A DNA stretch of 26,819 nucleotides from positions 1 through 26,819 of the forward strand of contig CAYTGH010000001.1 of assembly GCA_964437355.1 (NCBI GenBank), given 5' to 3'. Position numbers and translations under genes: made by a program. Source of the DNA: an uncultured Candidatus Saccharibacteria bacterium. GTDB lineage: Bacteria > Patescibacteriota > Minisyncoccia > Minisyncoccales > UBA1441. Under the pieces are notes generated by a model, which was not told where the DNA came from, made no database searches, and saw nothing but the letters and a program-made list of their open reading frames with translations. Positions 8,701-15,423 of this stretch are shown here, piece by piece (position 1 is the first letter of the stretch; the number at the start of each line of letters is the position of its first letter).

Positions 8701-8730
8701 ACTATATACCCCCCGAGGGTATATTGTCAA
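8701..8730 (-). promoter_or_regulatory. Sigma70 promoter of the csoR-trxA-gdhA-trxB operon (leaderless)
   Basis: Minus strand: TTGACA (8730-8725), 18 bp, TATAGT (8706-8701), 7 bp, ATG (8693). Confidence 0.85.
8704..8724. promoter_or_regulatory. CsoR-family operator
   Basis: Perfect inverted repeat ATATACCC-CCCGA-GGGTATAT with C/G tracts, matching the TACCC-N-GGGTA type operators of CsoR/RicR/CstR. It lies across the promoter spacer directly upstream of the CsoR-family gene. Confidence 0.88.
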
Positions 8731-8755
8731 GTTTTATTGAAAAGGTTATTTTTAT

Positions 8756-9259
8756 TTATCTTCCCTGAGAATTATCCAACCATTGATTCTTGATAAGAAA
8801 ACAGAGAGAGGTTCCTAAAGCATCAGCGGCGTGATCGGGTTCTGGTTTATGATCAAGTTTTAATATTTTCTGAACAGCTTCTTGAACTTCTTGCTTTTCT
8901 GCTCGTCCGTAGCCAGTGAGAATTAGTTTTATTTCTACTGGTGAAAATTCATAAACGGGGAGTTGCGCTTTTTCGGCTACGAGCAGAATAACGCCTTTTG
9001 TTTGACTAACGCTCATAACAGATTTCTGATTTTTAAAAAAGTAAAGGCTTTCAACGGTTAAAATATCGGGCTGATAAAGACGCACTATTTTCGATAGACT
9101 TTTTTCGACTATCCTTAAGCGGAAAGCGTCTTCTCGGTCCGAAGGAGTGATGATTGTTCCGTAATTTAAAAGGACTATTTTCTTTGAAGCGTCTTCAACT
9201 TTCACTAATCCATAACCGATAGCGGCGGCTCCGGGATCAATGCCAAGAATGGTAACCAT
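8756..9259 (-). CDS. ruvC: Crossover junction endodeoxyribonuclease RuvC
   Basis: ILGIDPG, VESLYFFKN, EFSPVEIK, GYGRAEKQEV, DHAADAL. Confidence 0.97.
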   Translation of the reverse strand: MVTILGIDPGAAAIGYGLVKVEDASKKIVLLNYGTIITPSDREDAFRLRIVEKSLSKIVRLYQPDILTVESLYFFKNQKSVMSVSQTKGVILLVAEKAQLPVYEFSPVEIKLILTGYGRAEKQEVQEAVQKILKLDHKPEPDHAADALGTSLCFLIKNQWLDNSQGR

Positions 9260-9969
9260 TAGCTTGCGTTAGTGTAAACCTCTTGAATATCTTCTTCTTC
9301 GATAGATTGCAAAAAGTTGTCTAATTTTTTTTGATCTCCCGGTTTCAAGGTAATAGTTTCCTTGGGGACCCAGCCGATAGAAGAAGAATCGATGGTGTAT
9401 CCTTGTTTTTCTAAAGATTCAACTACTTGTTGTAAATCCTGGGGCTTGGTGTAAATCACGAGGTGATCATCCTGTTTTTGAATATCTTCAGCGCCAGCCT
9501 CAATCAACTCTAATTCTAAATCATCGCTCAAATTGTATGATTCTGGTAAATGAATTAGTCCTTTTTGTTCAAAAAGCCATTTTACTGAACCAGCTTCGGC
9601 TAATTTCCCGCTAGTCTGATTGAGAATTTTGTGGAGATGTTCTCTGACCCGATTCTTGTTATCGGTAATAGCCTCAATAATTAAAGCTGTTTTTCCGGGG
9701 CCGAAGGCTTCATAAACAACTTCTTCTAAATTCCCTTCTTGGCGACTGACGGCTCTTTGAATGGCCCTCTCAACGCTTTTGGCGGGCATATTAACCGCCT
9801 TCGCTTTATCCAGAGCCGCCTGAAGAGCGGGATTGCCGGCCGGCGTCGGACCTTGTTTTTGGACAGCAACCGTGATGAACCGAGAAATTTTTGAAAAAAC
9901 CTGGCTCTTTTTCAAATCTTCGGTTTGCTTTTGATGTTTAATTGATGACCAATGAGAATGTCCGCTCAT
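9259..9969 (-). CDS. yebC: YebC/PmpR family protein
   Basis: MSGHSHWSSIKH, NPALQAAL...NMP, YEAFGPG, TDNKNR, GSVKWLFE; classical yebC-ruvC linkage with a TAATG overlap. Confidence 0.97.
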   Translation of the reverse strand: MSGHSHWSSIKHQKQTEDLKKSQVFSKISRFITVAVQKQGPTPAGNPALQAALDKAKAVNMPAKSVERAIQRAVSRQEGNLEEVVYEAFGPGKTALIIEAITDNKNRVREHLHKILNQTSGKLAEAGSVKWLFEQKGLIHLPESYNLSDDLELELIEAGAEDIQKQDDHLVIYTKPQDLQQVVESLEKQGYTIDSSSIGWVPKETITLKPGDQKKLDNFLQSIEEEDIQEVYTNAS

Positions 9970-10092
9970 AATTACTATTAAGAGAATTTATTAAGACTCA
10001 TAATTACTATTAAGAGAATTTATTAAGACTCCTAATTACTATTAGAAGATCTACTGATCTTCCTAATTACTATTAAAAGGATTTACTAAGAC
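9966..10092 (-). repeat. Four-unit 31-32 bp tandem repeat filling the whole gap upstream of yebC; same family as the repeat at 1-55
   Basis: Plus-strand units start at 9966, 9998, 10030 and 10061. Units 1-2 are identical (TCATAATTACTATTAAGAGAATTTATTAAGAC) and units 3-4 are diverged. The proximal unit supplies the yebC ATG. Confidence 0.95.
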
Positions 10093-10779
10093 TTATAATT
10101 TTCTTTTTAAAAACAAAATAATAGCGATACTCAATATGCCAAAACCTAGGCCCAGCCCCAAAACCAACCATTTCTGAAGAGGTTTGGGCGTTTGATTACC
10201 TAAAATTAGATTACTCGGTTCGGGTGAAAATGTCAACTGCTCAAGGAAAAAATCTTCTTGGTTGGAATTGCTATCAAGATAACAGTTTTGGAATCGTTTT
10301 CTCTTTAGGAGTTGATTAGCTTCTGGATTTTGCGCAAAAGGATTTCCTTCACTTAAGGGGTTGTTTCCGGTTCCCCAAGCCACGGCGTCTATAATAGTGC
10401 CCTGGGAATTTAATAAAGCAATGCTGTTATTGAGAGAGAGAGTCGCTTGGCTTTGATATTGAGCTTGAATAAGTTTTGCAAACTCGTCTTTTGAATTAGC
10501 CCAAGTTAAATATTCCCCCGGTTCAATTTGGCTTTCAGAAGGAAAAACCCTTAGAGAATATTCTTTTCCTTCCCGGCTTCTTTTTCTTAGGCGGAAATTT
10601 TGAATATCAACAGTCTCGGCCGTTGGATTATAAATTTTTATGTAGTCTTGGGAAGACTGCGATCCGGCTATCTGAATTTCAACGATTAACAGATGATTGT
10701 TTTTTGTTTGAGCGGAAGAAAGCAAAAGAGGAAAAACAAAGAAGAACAAAACAAGCCAAAGAAAAATTTGTTTTTTCAT
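10093..10779 (-). CDS. Secreted, C-terminally membrane-anchored lamin-tail-domain (LTD) protein
   Basis: Signal peptide; LLIVEIQ...DYIKIYNPT...VDIQNFRL, IALLNSQGTIIDAVAWG, DSNSNQEDF typical of LTD; C-terminal TM followed by KRK. Confidence 0.8.
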   Translation of the reverse strand: MKKQIFLWLVLFFFVFPLLLSSAQTKNNHLLIVEIQIAGSQSSQDYIKIYNPTAETVDIQNFRLRKRSREGKEYSLRVFPSESQIEPGEYLTWANSKDEFAKLIQAQYQSQATLSLNNSIALLNSQGTIIDAVAWGTGNNPLSEGNPFAQNPEANQLLKRKRFQNCYLDSNSNQEDFFLEQLTFSPEPSNLILGNQTPKPLQKWLVLGLGLGFGILSIAIILFLKRKL

Positions 10780-10783
10780 TACT

Positions 10784-12082
10784 TTAAGTCACTCGATGAA
10801 CTTCATCAAGAGTGGTTTGGTGATCGAGCACCTTAACGATACCGTCGAGGTACATAGGAAGCATCCCCCTTTCAACAGCTGCTTTCTTTAATTCGGGGAT
10901 AGAAGGAGATTGAATAATTAAATTTTCCATTTCATCATCTACTCGGAAAGCTTCAAAGATGCCGATTCGATCTTGATAACCCGTAAAATTGCAGAGAGAA
11001 CATCCTTTAGGATTAGCGTGCAATATTTTTGTTTTATTATTAAAAGGAGAAATGTGGACAGAAGAGGGAATTTTCTCATAAGCTTCTTCTATCTCTTTGT
11101 ATTCCTCTAAGGTAGGACTGGAAAGCTGAGAGCAGTGGGGACAAACGCGCCGAACCAATCGCTGAGCGATAGCTATATTAAGGGCGGGAGCGATATCGGT
11201 GCCACCGACTCCCAAAGCTTCTAAACGGGCAATGGTTCCCGCGGCATCATTAGTATGGAGAGTGGAAAAAACTAAATGCCCCGTCATGGCTGCTTGGATA
11301 GCAATCCTTGATGTTTCTCCGTCTCGAATTTCTCCAACTAAAATAACATCGGGATCTTGGCGAACAATCGCTGACAAACCAGACGCAAAATCATAACCAT
11401 GTTTAGAATCAATTTGAGTTTGAGAAATTCCCTCTAATCGATACTCAATAGGATCTTCAATAGTAATAATTTTTGAACCGGGATTCTTGATTTTATTTAA
11501 GAAAGCATAGAGAGTCGTCGTTTTTCCCGAGCCAGTGGGTCCGGTTAGAAGAATCATTCCATTGGGGCGTTCTAGCTCTTGATTGACGACTTTCAGAAGT
11601 CCGGGGCGCATTCCCAGCTTGCTAACATCTTTTAAGGAACGAGGGTCTAAAATCCTCATCACAATTGTCTCGCCGTATTCTGAAGGCAGGATGGAAGTTC
11701 TTATTTCAATTTCTCTTTTTTCAAATCGGATGGTAAAACGTCCATCTTGAGAGCGTTGGGTAATATTTAATTTTAATCCGGATGATAATTTAATTCGACC
11801 AAGTATCGATTTGTACACCTGAGCCGGAAGAAAAGAAACAATTTCTAAAACACCGTCAATTCTGATTCTTAAACGAGTGCGTTCTTCATCTTCCGGTTCG
11901 AGATGAATATCTGAAGCCCGGAGAATAATAGCGCCGCCGAGGACAACATCAACCAGGCGGGTTGTCTGTCCTAGAAAATTTGCCTCTAGCGCTTTTTGGA
12001 AGTCTCGAATATGTTTAACCTTGGGCAAGATTTTCTCGGCGACAGAGGGGTCGATGGTGACTTGGCTCGTTATTGCTTTCAT
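10784..12082 (-). CDS. GspE/PilB-family type II/IV secretion ATPase lacking the N-terminal domain
   Basis: ASDIHLEP, QDGRF, GPTGSGKTTTL, TIEDPIEY, RQDPDVILVGEIRD, TGHLVFSTLHTN, AQRLVRRVCPHC...CSLC. Confidence 0.95.
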   Translation of the reverse strand: MKAITSQVTIDPSVAEKILPKVKHIRDFQKALEANFLGQTTRLVDVVLGGAIILRASDIHLEPEDEERTRLRIRIDGVLEIVSFLPAQVYKSILGRIKLSSGLKLNITQRSQDGRFTIRFEKREIEIRTSILPSEYGETIVMRILDPRSLKDVSKLGMRPGLLKVVNQELERPNGMILLTGPTGSGKTTTLYAFLNKIKNPGSKIITIEDPIEYRLEGISQTQIDSKHGYDFASGLSAIVRQDPDVILVGEIRDGETSRIAIQAAMTGHLVFSTLHTNDAAGTIARLEALGVGGTDIAPALNIAIAQRLVRRVCPHCSQLSSPTLEEYKEIEEAYEKIPSSVHISPFNNKTKILHANPKGCSLCNFTGYQDRIGIFEAFRVDDEMENLIIQSPSIPELKKAAVERGMLPMYLDGIVKVLDHQTTLDEVHRVT

Positions 12083-13164
12083 ACTGATTCCTCACTTAAT
12101 AATTGCCATATTCGGGTTTTGACCGAAGATAAATTGGTTCCCGTTATTCTAAAGAGTCCGACGTTGCCTCTTTTTGTTCCGTTGAGCTTCTCAAGAATGT
12201 CGCTCCATTTCTTTTGATTCTTAAGAGAAATAATTCCCTGGACTGTCTGGCGGTCTGGGGCCCAAAGGACAAGCAGATTGTCAAAATGGAAAAGTCCGGA
12301 TTTCAATTCTTTGATAAGCAGGGAAAGGTAGGGAGGAGAAACATAATGGAATTCATGGATATCTAAAAGAACGAAAGCCAATTCAGGTTTTAACGATACT
12401 TGAATTTTTTCTATGATTTTTTGGAGAAAATCAATTTGATTTTGGGAAGTTAGAAGCGGAAAAGGAAGGGTAAAATCTAAAGCGCCTTTACCGATTAAAT
12501 AATGCATTTGTGACAACGAGGATTTGCTTTGTTTCTCTGAAGGGAGGAGCTTGATGCCTTGTAGAAGATAAGCCGCGACGTGAGAATCAATCCAATCCTC
12601 ATTAATTTGTCGAAGGATTTCCGTCAGCCACTCACAAAGAGAAGAGGATGACGGCTGGACTAAATTAATCTGACCAAATTGTTGATTTGAGGGATGATGG
12701 TCAATATTAACCAAAGGCTGGGAATTAAAATTATTTTGAAAAACAGGGGAAACAATATCTTTTGTTTTTTGAGCATTAAGGGTAATCAGTAAATCGGGTT
12801 GAGGTTGAGGAGATAAAATAAAATCAAAATTTTTTTGATCGAGTAAATGTTCTTCGGCGTCTAGATAAATAATGATTTGTCGGTTTTTTTCTTCGTAGCG
12901 TAATTGCTTGATTTGAGTGGAAGATGGGGGTCGGATAATAATTTTGGGCTGAAAGGTAGAAAAGCTTTTAACGGCAAAAGGTTGAACCGACCAGGGGAGA
13001 GTGCCGAGAATAAGATTTGCTTTTTGTCCAGAATTTTCTAAACTATAGAAAAGAGCTAAACTAGCCAAAAGGCTATCTTCTTTTTCTTTGAGAAAAGGGA
13101 AAATAAAAATATTCTCTTTTTCGTTTAACAAAGATTGAAGAGATGCAATTTGTTTTTCTTCCAT
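12079..13164 (-). CDS. Degenerate DHH-family (NrnA-like) phosphoesterase-like protein
   Basis: LVNIDHHPSNQQFGQINLV...SSSLCE motif is intact, but the other DHH motifs are eroded. ATGA overlap with the ATPase gene. Confidence 0.75.
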   Translation of the reverse strand: MEEKQIASLQSLLNEKENIFIFPFLKEKEDSLLASLALFYSLENSGQKANLILGTLPWSVQPFAVKSFSTFQPKIIIRPPSSTQIKQLRYEEKNRQIIIYLDAEEHLLDQKNFDFILSPQPQPDLLITLNAQKTKDIVSPVFQNNFNSQPLVNIDHHPSNQQFGQINLVQPSSSSLCEWLTEILRQINEDWIDSHVAAYLLQGIKLLPSEKQSKSSLSQMHYLIGKGALDFTLPFPLLTSQNQIDFLQKIIEKIQVSLKPELAFVLLDIHEFHYVSPPYLSLLIKELKSGLFHFDNLLVLWAPDRQTVQGIISLKNQKKWSDILEKLNGTKRGNVGLFRITGTNLSSVKTRIWQLLSEESV

Positions 13165-13195
13165 AACTCTTAAGGTAATTTAAGCTGATTTTAGC

Positions 13196-13672
13196 GTGTT
13201 AGTCAAATTTATAACTCATTCTTCTTCAGAAACTAAAAAAGCCGGAGAGAAATTAGCTCGACTTTTATTACAAAAACGACTTTCGCTTTCTAAAGCCCTC
13301 GTTATCACTTTAGAAGGAAATTTAGGCGGAGGCAAAACTACTTTTTTACAGGGACTAGCTAAAGTTTTTCAAATTGAAAAAATTCTTAGTCCGACTTTTA
13401 TTATCTATCGAGAATATCGCTTAAAGGGGTTGCCCTTCCGAAAATTTTATCATTTTGATTTTTATCGCCTTCAAGAAGCATCTCAAGTTCAACAATTAGG
13501 TTGGCCGGAAAAGCTAGCTGATCCCCAGAATATTATTGCTGTCGAGTGGGGAGATAAATTCCCTGCTCTAATTCCTAAAAAAAGAATCCAAGTGAAATTT
13601 AAATTAACTCAATTAAAAGAAAGAGAGATTACCATTCAAACTCCCTCCTCTTTCTCTGAAAATGATCAATGA
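13196..13672 (+). CDS. tsaE: tRNA threonylcarbamoyladenosine biosynthesis ATPase TsaE
   Basis: LEGNLGGGKTT, SPTF, YHFDFYRL, AVEWG; GTG start (exact start uncertain). Confidence 0.96.
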   Translation: MLVKFITHSSSETKKAGEKLARLLLQKRLSLSKALVITLEGNLGGGKTTFLQGLAKVFQIEKILSPTFIIYREYRLKGLPFRKFYHFDFYRLQEASQVQQLGWPEKLADPQNIIAVEWGDKFPALIPKKRIQVKFKLTQLKEREITIQTPSSFSENDQ

Positions 13673-13685
13673 TCAATGATTAATG
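13661..13685 (+). repeat. 7-bp tandem repeat (AATGATY x3.5) at the tsaE/exonuclease junction
   Basis: AATGATC AATGATC AATGATT AATG; contains the tsaE TGA and four ATGs. Confidence 0.9.
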
Positions 13686-14575
13686 TTCCGTTAAATCTAG
13701 GCAATGACAAGAAATGCCTGATTATCGATGCGAATGCTCTTATGCATCGGGCCTATTATGCTTTGCCGAGATTAAAGGACAAACAGGGAAAATTAGTGAA
13801 TGCCATTTATGGCTTCTTGGCTTGTCTTTTGAAAATTCTTAGGGATCAAAATCCTCAGTATGTTGTTGCTGTTTTTGATTCCCCGGGTAAAACTTTTCGT
13901 CATCTGGAATATCCCTTATATAAAGCAACACGCACGAAAACACCAGATGAATTCTATGCTCAATTTCCTGAAACCAAAGAGATTCTAAAATTCCTTGGTA
14001 TTCCCGTTTTAGAAAAGATAGGCTATGAAGCTGACGATCTTATCGGAGCCATGGCTCACAAAGTTAAAGACCCAAAAACAAAAGTCCTTATTCTAACGGG
14101 AGATTTTGATCTTCTTCAACTAGTGAATACTCAAGTGAATGTCCTTTTGCTGAGAAAAGGAGTTAGTCAAACGGCTTTGTATAATACGAATAAAACAAGA
14201 GAAAAACTAGGAGGGCTGGCCCCTAAGAAAATCTTAGATTTTAAGGGATTAGCCGGCGATTCCTCGGATAATATTCCTGGCGTTCCGGGGGTTGGTCCTA
14301 AAACAACCCTGACTCTCTTGCAAAAATTTGGGAGCTTGGAAGAAATTTATACTCAAATGGACAAAAAGACAGAAGAAATTAAACCATCGCTTAAGATCAA
14401 GCTTCAAAAGTTTAGAGACCAGGCTTTTTTAAGCAAGAAATTGGCGACTTTAAAAACAGATATGAAGCTAAATTTGTCCGTGGCAAAATGTTCTCGGGCG
14501 GGCTATAATAAGACAAAGGTTGTGGAAATTCTTGAGGGCTTAGGTTTTAATACTCTTATTGCTCGATTACCTTAA
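13676..14575 (+). CDS. Stand-alone 5'-3' exonuclease/flap endonuclease (PolA N-terminal domain homolog)
   Basis: IIDANALMHRAYYA, VFD, YKATR, GYEADDLI, TGDFDLLQL, H3TH GDSSDNIPGVPGVGPKT; no polymerase domain follows. Confidence 0.95.
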   Translation: MINVPLNLGNDKKCLIIDANALMHRAYYALPRLKDKQGKLVNAIYGFLACLLKILRDQNPQYVVAVFDSPGKTFRHLEYPLYKATRTKTPDEFYAQFPETKEILKFLGIPVLEKIGYEADDLIGAMAHKVKDPKTKVLILTGDFDLLQLVNTQVNVLLLRKGVSQTALYNTNKTREKLGGLAPKKILDFKGLAGDSSDNIPGVPGVGPKTTLTLLQKFGSLEEIYTQMDKKTEEIKPSLKIKLQKFRDQAFLSKKLATLKTDMKLNLSVAKCSRAGYNKTKVVEILEGLGFNTLIARLP

Positions 14576-15423
14576 TGAAATTTTTAAATAGTTTTTCTCA
14601 ACAAAACAAAGATTTCCGAGAGTTCCTTCGGAGAAAACAACTTTCTTATTCTACTTTTCTTTTGATTTTATTGGGAAGTTGGTTGGCTTGTTATGGGACA
14701 TCTGTCTATTTTGGCATTCTTAATTTTGGATCTTGGCAAAGCGTAGGACGCTATCTTTTATTGTGGCTAGCCTGGATTGCTATTAGTTTCTGGCTAGGGT
14801 CAAAGCCTCGATACCAGAAAATTATCTGGTACAGTAATCATTTATTTTTCGCTTTTATAATTTTCTTTATGATGCTTAGCCAGCCAGAAAGCTGGTTCTT
14901 GATTTTTTTTGAGTACAATCTTCTGCTTTTTTTGATTTTAATTTGGGCCAGTGCTTGTTTTTTTTCAATTGTCGATATTTTATTTCCTCTAGTGCTAGTG
15001 CTGGTTGGTTCTTCTGTTTTTTTGGGTCAGAATTATTCATTGTTCTTTGACTCCTCGTCTGCCGTTCTTAGTTTACTTTTGTCTTTTATTTTTGCGGTTA
15101 CGATTATTACGACATCGGTTTGGAACACCTGGAGAGAAACGGAATCTTTAGGGAACGTTTATCGAGAGAAACAGAATTTAGAAGAAACAGCTAAGGTTTT
15201 GAGAATTCGTATTCGGGCTAAAACCAAAGAGTTGCGACAGCAAACGGAAGATTTAAGGCAAGACAGCGCTTTAAAAACTCAGGCCCTTCGAGAAAGAGTT
15301 CAGACCTTAGAGAGATTGCGCCAGGTAACTGTTGGACGAGAGCTGAAGATGATAGATTTTAAAAAAGAGATTAATCAACTTCAGCAAGAAATTGAAAAAC
15401 TAAAGGATGGAAGAAGAAAATAA
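14575..15423 (+). CDS. Multi-pass membrane protein with C-terminal coiled coil (kinase-accessory-like, no catalytic domain)
   Basis: About 6 hydrophobic segments, then a coiled coil ending VGRELKMIDFKKEI. Coupled to its neighbours (TAATG overlap and a 17-bp overlap). Confidence 0.8.
   Translation: MKFLNSFSQQNKDFREFLRRKQLSYSTFLLILLGSWLACYGTSVYFGILNFGSWQSVGRYLLLWLAWIAISFWLGSKPRYQKIIWYSNHLFFAFIIFFMMLSQPESWFLIFFEYNLLLFLILIWASACFFSIVDILFPLVLVLVGSSVFLGQNYSLFFDSSSAVLSLLLSFIFAVTIITTSVWNTWRETESLGNVYREKQNLEETAKVLRIRIRAKTKELRQQTEDLRQDSALKTQALRERVQTLERLRQVTVGRELKMIDFKKEINQLQQEIEKLKDGRRK

Noticed and set aside
9966-10092. CRISPR array interpretation of the 32-bp repeats
   Set aside because: The variable parts are about 16 bp and homologous to one another rather than unique spacers. 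Two units are identical end to end, and there are no cas genes.
14880-15030. Poly-T tracts as phase-variation sites in membrane genes
   Set aside because: Runs of about 7-8 T are explained by Phe/Leu codons in AT-rich TM segments, and the frames are intact.
14575-15423. Frameshifted PolA polymerase domain after the exonuclease
   Set aside because: The region is a clean multi-TM ORF and I saw no polymerase A motifs.
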